Of a DNA stretch of 64,000 nt, positions 1-10,104 are shown in pieces. The stretch spans positions 41,216-105,215 of the forward strand of contig JAGSHN010000019.1 in assembly GCA_029855935.1 (NCBI GenBank). The letters run 5' to 3'. Origin of the DNA: Candidatus Thorarchaeota archaeon. Lineage in GTDB: Archaea; Asgardarchaeota; Thorarchaeia; Thorarchaeales; Thorarchaeaceae. Below the pieces are notes generated by a model. It was given only the letters and a program-made list of their open reading frames with translations. It had not been told where the DNA came from and did not search any database. The position numbers and the translations under genes are program-made. The first letter of the stretch is position 1. Each line of letters starts with the position of its first letter.

Positions 1-397
1 GTGGTCCTCTCCCAGTGGAGTGGCCATAGGTTGCGACTGAACTTGTGTATATGAGCCTAGGGGGTTGTTCGAGATCTCGTGCCGCCTCAACGACATTTCT
101 GGTGCCTCCAACGTTGACAGCCCTAGTCAGTTCTGGTTGCTCCTCCGACGCTGGGGGCAGGACTGCAGCAAGATGCACTATACAGTCGACATCTCTGACT
201 GCATCTCTCACGTCCTCAGGCGATCTGATGTCGCCCCATATCACATCCACTCTGTCCAGATGCCTTAGGCGGCGGGCACGGCGCTCATTGGTCTCTGTCC
301 GGAGATCGAAGGCCATCACGGTGTTTCCCTGCTCAAGCAGCTGCGGGACAGTGTTCTGTCCGATGTTTCCCAGTGCACCAGTCACCAGTACGCGCAT
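1..397 (-). CDS. NAD-dependent epimerase/dehydratase (extended SDR), 3' end outside window
   Basis: Not in the ORF track. Manual translation from ATG 397 gives MRVLVTGALGNIG (TGxxGxIG Rossmann), GDIR, HLAA, VNVGGT and IYTSS motifs. Confidence 0.9.
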   Translation of the reverse strand, partial: MRVLVTGALGNIGQNTVPQLLEQGNTVMAFDLRTETNERRARRLRHLDRVDVIWGDIRSPEDVRDAVRDVDCIVHLAAVLPPASEEQPELTRAVNVGGTRNVVEAARDLEQPPRLIYTSSVATYGHSTGRGP

Positions 398-416
398 ACC
401 TACACCGAGCCCAGTC

Positions 417-444
417 TACTAATTAGTATTTCGGCGACGAAATA
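417..444. promoter_or_regulatory. Overlapping palindromes, probable MarR operator in a divergent promoter
   Basis: TACTAATTAGTA (417-428) and TATTTCG-gcga-CGAAATA (427-444) between the divergent SDR and MarR genes. Confidence 0.55.
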
Positions 445-530
445 TTGGATATCGAACAAAACGAAATGCTATTATCCGGGCCTGTGCCACTTGTTGTTCG
501 CACCCCTTGCGATGGACGAGGTAGCGTCTG

Positions 531-965
531 ATGGCGGATGATCGTGAGCGTCTCCTCTACGAGTTTGTGGGACTTCTCAGAGAGCTCAGCAGGATGAGAT
601 CGTTCTTTGTGATTGAGGGTCTCACCCTTGAGGAGTTCATGGTCCTAGATGAGGTCTCCGAGTCGGGGCCCTGTGTGATGCGTGACATTGCCACGGCACT
701 GTCTCTTCCCCCAAGCACCGCCACGGGGATAGTGGATCGCCTCGTGGAGAAGGACTATGTCCGGAGACGTCACTCCGACCGTGACCGCCGAAGGGTGATC
801 GTCGAACTGACGCCAGCAGGACTCTCCGCATACAACAAGTTTCGGGACAGAGCTCTGGCTCAGGTGGAGGACTCTGTGAGACATCTGAGCAATGGCGACC
901 TGCAGGCACTAATGAAGATAATACGCAAGATACTGGACCGTGCTGGAGAGCGGATGCAGTCCTGA
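531..965 (+). CDS. MarR family transcriptional regulator
   Basis: STATGIVDRLVEKDYVRRRHSDRDRRRVIVELTPAG winged-helix signature; GAGG RBS upstream. Confidence 0.93.
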   Translation: MADDRERLLYEFVGLLRELSRMRSFFVIEGLTLEEFMVLDEVSESGPCVMRDIATALSLPPSTATGIVDRLVEKDYVRRRHSDRDRRRVIVELTPAGLSAYNKFRDRALAQVEDSVRHLSNGDLQALMKIIRKILDRAGERMQS

Positions 966-1112
966 TGGGAGCCTTGGCCAAGGTTGAGGACGGACATTTT
1001 CTCCGACGAGATGTGTTCGTCTATCTGCCAGGACAGTCCGTACCAGAGAAAGAAAATGAGGATGGAGGCGATGAGTCTGAGACTCACCGCTCCATATACT
1101 GGGAGTCCTGTT

Positions 1113-2930
1113 CTACGGTACAGTCAGGGTCTCGGATGTCTCCACGTTGTCCGCGGAGTTATAGGTGTATCCCGTCTTGACGAGATTGGTCACAGTGGAT
1201 GTGTACGTGCCGGTCCCGCCACGCTGATACACGAACGTCACAGTTCCATCCGTCCCCGTGTCTGCGTTACCAGTGGCATGCGAGCCATCAGGTAGTGTCA
1301 TATCCAAGTAGACGGTCACGCCCGAGAGTGGCGAGCCAGTTCCGTCGTGGACTGTCACCTTGGTGTAGACATCGTACCAGACGAAGATCCAGAAGCCGCC
1401 CTTCTGATACCACATGTCGATGCTGGCGACATGCATTGTGTTGGCAGATCCTTCCTCTGTGGTCGCAGAGGCTGGATCAGACTTCTCACCCTCGTTGCCT
1501 GAGGTGTCGACCGCTGAGACCTCGTAGGTGTAGGTTGTGCCTGGGGACAGACCTGAGTCGGTGTAGGTCGTGTCCGTAGTCTCGGCAATCTTGGTGCCGT
1601 CACGGTAGACGTTGTAGTGGTCGAGGTCCGACTCGGTGTTGGCATCCCACGTCAGCTTGATCTGGGTTGACGACAGGGTCGTTGCGGTCAGGCCGGTCAC
1701 CTTGGCTGGTGGGGTCGTGTCAGGGGGTGTGCTGCCACCGCCCGCAGCGTCCACTGCAGCTGGGGCGTTGACCTCACCATATCCGTACCGTTCGTCCCAG
1801 CCGGAAGGTCCGAGGTCGGTGGATGTCGTGTGGAGTATGTCCCTCACCTGGGCGGGCGTCAGGTCATGATTGGCACTCAGTATCAGTGCAACGACGCCAG
1901 CGACCATCGGACAGGCCATTGAGGTACCGCTCATCGTGTCATAGTTCTTGCTGTAACCGTACCACCAGCTGGTGAGTGTCACCGAGTAGGTGGGCATCGT
2001 GCTATATATGTCGACACCGGGAGCGACAACCTCCTGCTCAGGGCCGTAGTTGCTGAAGCTTGCGAGCTGATGGTCCTTGTCAATTGCTCCCACTGCGATG
2101 GCGTTATCGTATGCTGCAGGATAGGATATCTGGTTCTTGCCGTCATTGCCTGATGCTGCAACGACAACTATGCCGGCATTGTATGCGCGGTTGACCGCAT
2201 CATTGAATGCCGAGTCGTAGCTACCACCGCCAAGGCTCATAGAGATGACGTCCATCCCGTTGTCTATCGCCCAGTCTATGCCGGCGATGATGTCACTTGT
2301 GTAGCCTGAGCCGTAGGCATCGAGTACACGGACAGCATAGATCGAGGCGTGGGGTGCAACTCCTATGACTCCCTCACCATTGTCCTCTGCCGCGACAATT
2401 CCCGCGCAGTGCGTGCCATGGCCATTTTCGTCCTTCGGGTCGTTGTCATCATCGACAAAGTCGTGACCGCCCGCGTAGACATCGTCAAGGTCGGGGTGCG
2501 TGTAGTCAATTCCGGTGTCCAGTATGGCGACCTTCACGCCACTACCATCCGGATTCCCTTGGACCACGTCGACAGCATCCTCGGCTCCGCCCCAGACCTG
2601 TTCGGCGTCCACATCGTCGACACCCCAGTCCAGGGTGTCTTGGAACAGACTGACTCTGTGGTCAATCTGGATTGACGACACGAACCACGCATGTTCGAGT
2701 GTATGGTACAGCGCCATGGGGATTCGTGCGGCCATACCGTTCAGCACACTGTATTCTTGATACACATCTATTCCCGCTATGTTGACCTCTACTCCCGGTT
2801 TGAACAGAATGACCGCGTTGACATAGCGATCAGTCTGTGGCGACCGATTAATCGCGACGAGCGCGTTGGAGAAAATGAGTACTGAGATCACCACAGCGGA
2901 GAACAGAACCGCTCTCTCTCTTCTCCTCAT
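1113..2930 (-). CDS. Secreted S8 subtilisin-like serine protease with Fn3 and C-terminal beta domain
   Basis: Signal peptide; catalytic triad ILDTG, HGTHCAG, GTSMA; Fn3 (LTWDAN...YNVYR...YTYEVSAVD). Confidence 0.95.
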   Translation of the reverse strand: MRRRERAVLFSAVVISVLIFSNALVAINRSPQTDRYVNAVILFKPGVEVNIAGIDVYQEYSVLNGMAARIPMALYHTLEHAWFVSSIQIDHRVSLFQDTLDWGVDDVDAEQVWGGAEDAVDVVQGNPDGSGVKVAILDTGIDYTHPDLDDVYAGGHDFVDDDNDPKDENGHGTHCAGIVAAEDNGEGVIGVAPHASIYAVRVLDAYGSGYTSDIIAGIDWAIDNGMDVISMSLGGGSYDSAFNDAVNRAYNAGIVVVAASGNDGKNQISYPAAYDNAIAVGAIDKDHQLASFSNYGPEQEVVAPGVDIYSTMPTYSVTLTSWWYGYSKNYDTMSGTSMACPMVAGVVALILSANHDLTPAQVRDILHTTSTDLGPSGWDERYGYGEVNAPAAVDAAGGGSTPPDTTPPAKVTGLTATTLSSTQIKLTWDANTESDLDHYNVYRDGTKIAETTDTTYTDSGLSPGTTYTYEVSAVDTSGNEGEKSDPASATTEEGSANTMHVASIDMWYQKGGFWIFVWYDVYTKVTVHDGTGSPLSGVTVYLDMTLPDGSHATGNADTGTDGTVTFVYQRGGTGTYTSTVTNLVKTGYTYNSADNVETSETLTVP

Positions 2931-2974
2931 CTACATCACCAGTGTCCTGTGCTGCGATCAGGACATTTCCAATC

Positions 2975-3024
2975 TCTCATCCAATAGATGAGATGATGCA
3001 GTAATGACTAATCTGATATTTAAA
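2975..3024 (-). promoter_or_regulatory. TATA box plus inverted repeat upstream of the subtilisin
   Basis: TTTAAATA on the minus strand (3024-3017); TCTCATC-caata-GATGAGA (2975-2993) just downstream of the expected transcription start. Confidence 0.5.
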
Positions 3025-3125
3025 GACACTGGCAAAAACTGCACGCGTCTCGAACGTCGCACAGACGCACCCAGTTGTGTTCTTAGTGAGTGGGTCAGCT
3101 CGCTGGTGGAGTCGCCCGTTCAATA

Positions 3126-4316
3126 TCAGCGCTCCATATCGCGGAGCGGGGTCTCGACCACATACGACCGGTCGTTTCTCCAGCCACTCTCTGGGTCATA
3201 GTTCTCGTGATAGAAGAAGTACGTGTAAGAAGAGTCGAGCTGAAGCTGATAGACGTGGACATCTCTACAGTGCTCCCAGAAGAACTCGGAGATCTCAGGA
3301 GCGAATGATGGCGGTGTCATCGAGTAGAGCAGGAAGTCGTTGCCGTTGGTCACGCCCTTCATCTCGAAGGGTATGGCGCCGCTGTCGATGAACCAGTGGA
3401 AGGTCCGGGCATTGAGTTCTCCCTCTGTGTCGAACGTGCCGATGATCAGTTGCGGATACGTGAGGTCAAAGATTGTCCGGTCGTAGTAGAGGATGTCCTT
3501 AGGAGCAAAGAGCCTTCTGATTCGTTCGACGCGTCGTGAGATGGTCGTGGCATCTCTGTCATAGACCTCGGCCAGTCGAGTGAAGTTCGGATGGGCGTTG
3601 ATTGTCAGTTCGCGCAACAGCTGTAGGTCGAGCAGGTCTATGGACTCAGGTGGGGTCGGCCTGTCCTCGGGTGGGCTCTTGTCAGGACAGCGCTCAAGGA
3701 ACTCACTCCAGATGGACTCGACACGACTCAGACGAATCCCTATGGCTGACTTCCTCCCGTACTCGATCTCCCATCTATTGGTCTTGATGTCCCAGCGCTG
3801 GAGGTCGGCACCACGACCTGCAACGAATCTCGACTCGATGACTCTATAGTCCTCGCACGCGCCTCTCTCAACAAGAGCGTTGTACAGGTCACGTATCATG
3901 ATGTCTGTCTGAGGCGGGATGTCAAACTGGGCGTACAACACAGCCTCGTCTCCAAAGGCGACGACACGATAATGGGTGTGTGGATGGACATCGCAGAGTC
4001 GTTTGAGCCTGTTCAGCTGGTCCCTTGTCTGTATCCCTAGGAAGATAATATGGTGCCTAAGCAGGCCGAGGCTACTGGGGACGTAGGCGGCCTCGACCTC
4101 CGTCTGGAGACGCTCTCCCAGTAGCGGATCGGTTATCACCCTGCTGGGACGTAGAACTCCTCTCTCACGCAGTTTCATCAGGCGGAGTCGGACTGTCTCT
4201 GGTGCGACACCCATCTTCCTTGCTATCTGTGTGTTGCTCAGTGAAGGTTCCTGTTCGAGGGCCAGCAGAATCTTGAGGTCCCTACTATCAATGTGTGTCG
4301 ACGTGGAGGCCACCAT
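3126..4316 (-). CDS. Tandem winged-HTH (Lrp/AsnC-like) transcriptional regulator
   Basis: Two HTH modules: DLKILLALE...SNTQIARKMGVAPETVRLRL and DLQLLREL...LAEVYDRDATTISRRV. Confidence 0.75.
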   Translation of the reverse strand: MVASTSTHIDSRDLKILLALEQEPSLSNTQIARKMGVAPETVRLRLMKLRERGVLRPSRVITDPLLGERLQTEVEAAYVPSSLGLLRHHIIFLGIQTRDQLNRLKRLCDVHPHTHYRVVAFGDEAVLYAQFDIPPQTDIMIRDLYNALVERGACEDYRVIESRFVAGRGADLQRWDIKTNRWEIEYGRKSAIGIRLSRVESIWSEFLERCPDKSPPEDRPTPPESIDLLDLQLLRELTINAHPNFTRLAEVYDRDATTISRRVERIRRLFAPKDILYYDRTIFDLTYPQLIIGTFDTEGELNARTFHWFIDSGAIPFEMKGVTNGNDFLLYSMTPPSFAPEISEFFWEHCRDVHVYQLQLDSSYTYFFYHENYDPESGWRNDRSYVVETPLRDMER

Positions 4317-4376
4317 TGCTCTGTCTTCCTGTCAGATGTTTCATCGGGCTTTGGAGGGGACGTTGTATTGTGCTCC

Positions 4377-4886
4377 TCAACGGACCCCGAATGTCGGCTT
4401 TCCGCCCTCACTTCCGCCTGGCGGGTCGAACACGTAGTGTTTGTAGTCATATGGGGTCCCAGGTGTGTAGAGTATGGCGTGGACATAGACGGTGTAGTCG
4501 CCGGACTCTGTGGCGTGATTGAAGAACAGATTCTCTATCGTCACTGTGTCATAGAATGCGAGCACGTAGACTATGTACGAGTAATTGGTCCCCGAGGGTA
4601 GCTGTAGGGTGATCAGGTAAGCGAACCGGCAGTACGGGAAGAGGCCCTCGATGTCGAACCGTGTGATCACGAGGACATCATCGGAGAACGAGTCGTGGTC
4701 GAGGTCAGTGTAGGTCGCATATGTTATCGTCACAGTGATAGTCGGCTCGGTGCTGTCAGAGGAGTCGTCGGTGGAGGCCGCATACGCGGGCTGGACTCCA
4801 AGCAGCGCGAAGACCGTGAGCACTAGCAGGCCCGCCACGAGCGCTCTTGATTTCATCCCTCTCGGCGGGGTAAGCATCTCTCTCAT
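4377..4886 (-). CDS. Secreted hypothetical protein
   Basis: Signal peptide ending AYA-A; beta-rich mature region. Confidence 0.7.
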   Translation of the reverse strand: MREMLTPPRGMKSRALVAGLLVLTVFALLGVQPAYAASTDDSSDSTEPTITVTITYATYTDLDHDSFSDDVLVITRFDIEGLFPYCRFAYLITLQLPSGTNYSYIVYVLAFYDTVTIENLFFNHATESGDYTVYVHAILYTPGTPYDYKHYVFDPPGGSEGGKPTFGVR

Positions 4887-5038
4887 CTCTTGCCTCCTCT
4901 CAAGTAGGCTGCACGCTGGTATGGCAAGATGGCTATATATTGGTTTTGGGAGAAACTGCGTTGCAGCTGGCAGTGCCGTACTACTGAGGGACCGTCAGCC
5001 GTGCTTGTCGAGGAGCGGAGGGGCGGACAGTAGCCGCC

Positions 5039-6295
5039 TCATGTCCCCTCGGCATATGCTCTGGCGTAGGCCTCCTGTTCCTCCGTCCACTCATCTATCT
5101 CTATGCCCATCGTGTGGAGCTTCATCAGGGCGGTCTGTTGGTCCAGCTCGTGCGGGAAGTCGTAGACCCCAGGTTCCAGCTCCTTGCCGTGTCGGGAGAG
5201 CCAGAGCATCGCATTGAGCTGCCCTGCAAAGCTGAGGTCCATTACCTCACTGGGATGTCCGCTTGCTGCAACAAGATTCACTAATCGGCCCTCTGCCAGC
5301 AGATAGATGGTCCTGCCGTCCTTGAGCGTGAACTCCTCAAGAGCGTGACGCACCCTCTTTCGCGAGACACTCATTGCCACCAGATCGGGCTCGTTGATCT
5401 CCACATTGTAGTGGCCAGCATTACCGAGCACGGCGCCGTCCTTCATCAGCTTGATGTGCTCGCCTGTGATGACATCCTTCATCCCGGTCGCCGTGATGAA
5501 CAGGTCGCCCTCGCGTGCAGCGTCCCTCATTGGCATCACACGGTAGCCATCCATTCGTGCCTGCAGAGCTCTGACCGGGTCGACCTCCGTCACGATGACA
5601 TCAGCGCCCAGCCCTCTTGCACGCATCGCGAGGCCTCTGCCGCAGTAGCCATAGCCCGCAATCACGACGGTCTTTCCTGCAATCAGTATCTCTGAGGCCC
5701 GGAGGACCCCATCAAACGTGCTCTGTCCCGTCCCGTAGACGTTGTCGAACATGTGCTTTGTGTCAGCGTCGTTGACGGCCATTATCGGATACTTCAGTAC
5801 GCCGTCCTCGGCCATCGCTCTGACCCTGATCACACCGGTCGTGGTCTCCTCGGAGCCGCCGTACAGATTCGGTATGAGATTCTGATGCTTGTTGTGCAGT
5901 GTGAAGATCAGGTCGGCGCCATCGTCAAGCGTCAGGTGCGGCTCTATCTTCAGAGTCTGGTCGATGCACCAGTAGTACTCCTCGGTGGTGAGGCCGTTCC
6001 ACGCAAAGACCGAGACATCGTTTGCAGCAAGGGCGGCGGCGACCCTGTCATTCGTCGACAGGGGATTGCATCCACACCAAGCCACCTGCGCGCCCAGCTC
6101 TCGGAGGGTCTCCACCAGCACTGCTGTCTCCTTTGTCACGTGAAGACAGCCCGAGATTCTGAAGTCCCTCAGCGGCTTCTCCTTCGAGTACTTCTTCCGC
6201 AGATGCATCAGCACTGGCATATGCTTCTCAGCGTAGTCAATCAGCCTCCGGCCCTCTTCGGCCAGTGAGATGTCCTTCACCTTGTAGTCCGTCAT
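5039..6295 (-). CDS. ahcY: S-adenosylhomocysteine hydrolase
   Basis: GCLHVTKET, CNPLST, EETTTG, FDNVYG, GYGYCG and GHPSEVMD motifs. Confidence 0.97.
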   Translation of the reverse strand: MTDYKVKDISLAEEGRRLIDYAEKHMPVLMHLRKKYSKEKPLRDFRISGCLHVTKETAVLVETLRELGAQVAWCGCNPLSTNDRVAAALAANDVSVFAWNGLTTEEYYWCIDQTLKIEPHLTLDDGADLIFTLHNKHQNLIPNLYGGSEETTTGVIRVRAMAEDGVLKYPIMAVNDADTKHMFDNVYGTGQSTFDGVLRASEILIAGKTVVIAGYGYCGRGLAMRARGLGADVIVTEVDPVRALQARMDGYRVMPMRDAAREGDLFITATGMKDVITGEHIKLMKDGAVLGNAGHYNVEINEPDLVAMSVSRKRVRHALEEFTLKDGRTIYLLAEGRLVNLVAASGHPSEVMDLSFAGQLNAMLWLSRHGKELEPGVYDFPHELDQQTALMKLHTMGIEIDEWTEEQEAYARAYAEGT

Positions 6296-6379
6296 AGTCT
6301 CATCCTGCCGTGACTCGCGGGCACAGTCATATTAGTGTTACATCACTGTCGGGAATCAATTGCACGGTGTTGTCCCGCA

Positions 6380-7324
6380 ATGAAGCAGAAGATTACTAGC
6401 GATGAACAGAGGTTACTGTGGCTTCTCGTCCGGAACGCGAGGACGCCTCTGACCGTGGTCGCCGAACAGGTCGGTCGCGGTCGTAACTGGGTCGCACGGA
6501 CGGTACGTCGTCTTGCAAGGACCGGTGTGATCCGGGCCTATACCACAGTCGTGAATCCGCTGGCGGGCCACATAGAACGCAGCACGATACTCCTTGTGAA
6601 GACGAATCCACGTGAGACTCATCTGAGTGGTGCATTGCTCAGAGTCCCAGACATCGAGTCCCTTGACGGGATCTCGGGGGAACACTCCCTGCTTGGGCTC
6701 TTCAGGTTCTCCAGCGCAACATCGTTTCGCGACTTCCTCGACCTTGTTGACAGTACGATAGCACGCAGCTCGTGGAAGACCTACTCACTCGTGCAGGTCC
6801 TCGCGACATACAAGACCAGGGGTTTTGAGGTGATGGCCCCTCCGCGAGTCAACTCGCCTCTCTCGGCCACTGACCTTGAGATACTGCGCATAGTCCGTCG
6901 TCAGACTCCCTCCCCTGAGAGACCGTTCCCGCTCTCGCAACGCGACATCGGTTCACGGCTGAGGCGACCACTGAGCCAACCGGCTGTGTCCAAGGCACTC
7001 GGGCGTCTTGAGTCAAGTGGTGTCATCCTCGGGTACTCTGTGGACATACCATTCCAGTATCTGGGCCTGCCAATCAAGTTCTTCGTGCAGATCAAGGCCT
7101 CCCCCGGGACAATTGCTGACACTGCACGCACCATTGCCGCAATCGAGGAGGTGTGGGACCTGCACAGGACGAGTGAGTCGTACAGTCTGTTTGCCACTGT
7201 CAGGACATCAAGTATCGACGACTACAATCGCTTCCTGCGCAGGCTCTATGGCGACGAGAATGTTCTCGACACTCACTCATACATCTCGCTTGAGGAGTGG
7301 CCGCTGCCTGCTCATAGTGGTTGA
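6380..7324 (+). CDS. Lrp/AsnC family regulator, internally duplicated
   Basis: Two HTH + RAM-like repeats (GVIRAYT; GVILGYSV); divergent from ahcY; ATG 6380 preferred. Confidence 0.8.
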   Translation: MKQKITSDEQRLLWLLVRNARTPLTVVAEQVGRGRNWVARTVRRLARTGVIRAYTTVVNPLAGHIERSTILLVKTNPRETHLSGALLRVPDIESLDGISGEHSLLGLFRFSSATSFRDFLDLVDSTIARSSWKTYSLVQVLATYKTRGFEVMAPPRVNSPLSATDLEILRIVRRQTPSPERPFPLSQRDIGSRLRRPLSQPAVSKALGRLESSGVILGYSVDIPFQYLGLPIKFFVQIKASPGTIADTARTIAAIEEVWDLHRTSESYSLFATVRTSSIDDYNRFLRRLYGDENVLDTHSYISLEEWPLPAHSG

Positions 7325-7401
7325 CGCCACTTGGCTGTGAGCGCTGACGGAGGATCAACTTGGTCTTCCGTGCTCACACAGCGTGCCCCCAAGTTGGCCC
7401 A

Positions 7402-7773
7402 TCAGTAGATGACCATGTCCTCACGACTCAGATAGGCCATCTCGAACTCGCCGGTCAGACGGAGGACATTTCGAGGGCAGGACTCGACGCACTGGTTGCA
7501 CAGTGTGCATCGGTCGAAGTGACAGATTGGACGGTAGCCGGTCTTTGTCTTCACGTCCTCAGGCCGACACTCTATCATCTCAATTGCGCCGGAGGGGCAT
7601 ACTCTCTCGCAGATCTTGCAGCCGGTGCACTTGGCGGGCTCGGCGTACTCCCAGCGTCCTCTCAGCCCCTTGGGGATATTCAGTCCCCTCTTTGTCGCCG
7701 GATATACCACGGTGGCAGGCTTGGACACAGCACCCCTCAGCAGCTCTCTCTCCATCTTTCCGAGTCTTGGCAT
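7402..7773 (-). CDS. Group 4 hydrogenase/complex I-like 2x[4Fe-4S] subunit (NuoI/EchF-like)
   Basis: CTGCKICERVCP and CTLCNQCVESCP. Confidence 0.9.
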   Translation of the reverse strand: MPRLGKMERELLRGAVSKPATVVYPATKRGLNIPKGLRGRWEYAEPAKCTGCKICERVCPSGAIEMIECRPEDVKTKTGYRPICHFDRCTLCNQCVESCPRNVLRLTGEFEMAYLSREDMVIY

Positions 7774-7777
7774 CTTC

Positions 7778-8869
7778 TCACACCACCCCCAGCATCGGGA
7801 ACACGTAGACCAGCGCGACCTGTACTATGAAGAGTGACAGGATGGCAAGCGGGACCATAACCCTCCAGGCGTAGCGCACAATCTGATCGATACGCCATCG
7901 TGCGAATGCAGCCCGCATGTTCGACAGAATCACCACGACGACAGCGGACTTCAGCATGAAGACCAGCGGATAGTACACCCATCCGACCCAGGTCGTCGCA
8001 GCCAGTGTTGCAAAGTCCACTGAGAACAGCCGGAGTGGGATGAACTCAAGCAGGTACGGTCCTCCGAGAAACAGCGTCGTCGCCAGTCCTGCGCTGTACA
8101 CGAGAAGGATGTCCTCAGCGAGGTGAATCAGCGCGAGCTTCTTGCCACTGTACTCGACCTGCCAGCCATGAACAATCTCAGTCTCGGCGTGGCTCACGTC
8201 GAAGGGTATGCGCTCGAGCTCGGCCTCGCTTGTGATCAGGAATATGATGAAGGGTAGCATAAGCAGCCAGACGGTCGCAGGGCTTGACCGAACGAGGGTG
8301 TTCATTATGGTGCTGACGGACAGGCTACCCGCCAGAGTGGCAGGGATGATCAGGGCGATGATGAGCGGAATCTCAAAGCTGACCAACAGCATACCCGTGC
8401 GTGCCGCCCCAGTCTGACCGAACGGGTTTGAGGAGAAGTATCCCGCGAGGATGATGAGTATTGCCACGAGGGTGCTGAGGAACAGTATCAGTATGAGGTC
8501 ACCCTCAAAGCTCAGGATACCCTGAACGCCCGGCATGCTTGGGTTCACGTCCACCACTGGTAGGAACATGCAGAGGGTGAGGCTGAGAACCAGCATCACC
8601 ACTGGGACTGCAGCGAATCCGCGTCCGTCGGCCTTCTCTGGCGTGAGGTCCTCCTTGCCCAGCAGCTTGAAGAAGTCCATCAGAGGCTGGAGGATTCCCC
8701 TCCATCCGGTGTGAAGCGGGCCTATTCGGTTCTGCATTCTCGCGTAGACCTTTCTGTCTACCCACTCCCAGAGGAGTGCCAGAGTTGTGATGAACAGGAT
8801 TCCAGGAAAGACTAGGACCCAGAGTATCTGTAGGAGTATGTCCAGAGGCGTCGAGGCGAAGATCTGCAT
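7778..8869 (-). CDS. NuoH/EchB-like membrane subunit
   Basis: DRKVYARMQNRIGP, LQPLMDFFKLLGKE, RIPFDVSHAETEIVHG; multiple TM helices. Confidence 0.92.
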   Translation of the reverse strand: MQIFASTPLDILLQILWVLVFPGILFITTLALLWEWVDRKVYARMQNRIGPLHTGWRGILQPLMDFFKLLGKEDLTPEKADGRGFAAVPVVMLVLSLTLCMFLPVVDVNPSMPGVQGILSFEGDLILILFLSTLVAILIILAGYFSSNPFGQTGAARTGMLLVSFEIPLIIALIIPATLAGSLSVSTIMNTLVRSSPATVWLLMLPFIIFLITSEAELERIPFDVSHAETEIVHGWQVEYSGKKLALIHLAEDILLVYSAGLATTLFLGGPYLLEFIPLRLFSVDFATLAATTWVGWVYYPLVFMLKSAVVVVILSNMRAAFARWRIDQIVRYAWRVMVPLAILSLFIVQVALVYVFPMLGVV

Positions 8870-8873
8870 CTCC

Positions 8874-10103
8874 TCACTCCTCCCTCCTCGGGTGCATCTT
8901 GTACCATTTGTTCGCCCGGACGCGCATCACATCCAGTGGGACCAGCTCCATCGTATCGTCCTCGGCATCGACTATGACGACCCTGTCGGTGCAGCTGTAG
9001 CACGGGTCGATGGCTGCAAGGATTATCGGGGCGTCCGCGAGATAGTTTCCTCTCAGTGTGTGCGCCATCGATACCCAGTTGGCGTGAGTCGGCGCCCGCA
9101 CCTTGATTCTCTCGGGCTTGTCGGTGCCGTTGGTCACCAGATAGTGAATGAGCTCTCCCCGCGGTGCCTCGTGACGTGCGAGGACCTCGTTTGGCTGAAT
9201 CCGCGGACGGACGCGCTCACGGATAGGGCCGTCTGGCATGTTCTGGAGCAACCAGCGGCACATATCGATTGCCTGCAGTGTCTCGACGACTCTGACGACC
9301 GAACGGCCCGCGACATCGCATCTGTCACTGAGGACCATCTCGAAGTCGCCAGTGTCCATCATAGGTATGTAGGCCTGTGTCGGGTCATTGAATCTGACGT
9401 CAACCGGGACATTGCTCCCCCGTGCCGTGGGACCAACGGCGCCTGTTCTCTTTGCAACATCAGTCTCCAGAATTCCCACACCCGCGACGCGATCCCAGAA
9501 GGTCTTCTCATAGATGACGACATCGCGATAGTACTTCATTCGTTCCTCTAGCCTGTCGAGACCCCTCAACAGCCTCGGTACGAGTTCGTCTGGGACGTTT
9601 CTCCGTACACCGCCAACGGTGTTCATATCATGGTGAACCCTGTTACCTGAGATGCTCTCGAGCATGTCCATCACGACCTCGCGGTCGCGCCACGTGTACA
9701 TGAACGCCGTGTCAAAGCCCACCTCGTGGAACGCCACGCCGAGCCAGAGGATGTGAGAGTGAATCCTATCGAGCTCCCAGATCAGTGTCCTGATGTACTT
9801 GGCCCGCTCCGGGATCTCGACCTCGGCGGCGAACTCCACGGCCTGGGCGTAGTTCCCGTTGTGAGTGGCGGAACAGATGCCACAGATGCGGGCCAACAGG
9901 TACAGGTTCTGGATGTGAGTGTTGGACTCTGCGAGCTTCTCCACGCCTCTGTGATTATAGCCGATGTTTACCTCAGCATCGACTATGTACTCACCCTCTA
10001 TTGTCAGCTTGAACATCCCGGGCTCCTTCAGTGCCGGATGCTGTGGGCCTATCGGGATGGACACACGCGGTGGGATGACGACTCTCTTCTCTGTGCTGGT
10101 CAC
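8874..10103 (-). CDS. Group 4 [NiFe]-hydrogenase large subunit (NuoD-like fold)
   Basis: GPQHP and HRGVEK; both Ni-binding motifs intact (RICGIC, DPCYSCTDR), followed by a C-terminal extension. Confidence 0.92.
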   Translation of the reverse strand: MTSTEKRVVIPPRVSIPIGPQHPALKEPGMFKLTIEGEYIVDAEVNIGYNHRGVEKLAESNTHIQNLYLLARICGICSATHNGNYAQAVEFAAEVEIPERAKYIRTLIWELDRIHSHILWLGVAFHEVGFDTAFMYTWRDREVVMDMLESISGNRVHHDMNTVGGVRRNVPDELVPRLLRGLDRLEERMKYYRDVVIYEKTFWDRVAGVGILETDVAKRTGAVGPTARGSNVPVDVRFNDPTQAYIPMMDTGDFEMVLSDRCDVAGRSVVRVVETLQAIDMCRWLLQNMPDGPIRERVRPRIQPNEVLARHEAPRGELIHYLVTNGTDKPERIKVRAPTHANWVSMAHTLRGNYLADAPIILAAIDPCYSCTDRVVIVDAEDDTMELVPLDVMRVRANKWYKMHPRREE

Positions 10104-10104
10104 T

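Noticed and set aside
6296-6379. SAH/SAM riboswitch upstream of ahcY
   Set aside because: The spacer is only 84 nt, is shared with a divergent Lrp gene and lacks recognisable consensus
8787-9551. Long antisense ORFs (also 17894-18592, 18553-19395, 25041-25745, 27802-28668, 40081-40863, 52164-52850)
   Set aside because: Shadow ORFs opposite well-supported genes, expected with GC-rich codon bias; no motifs
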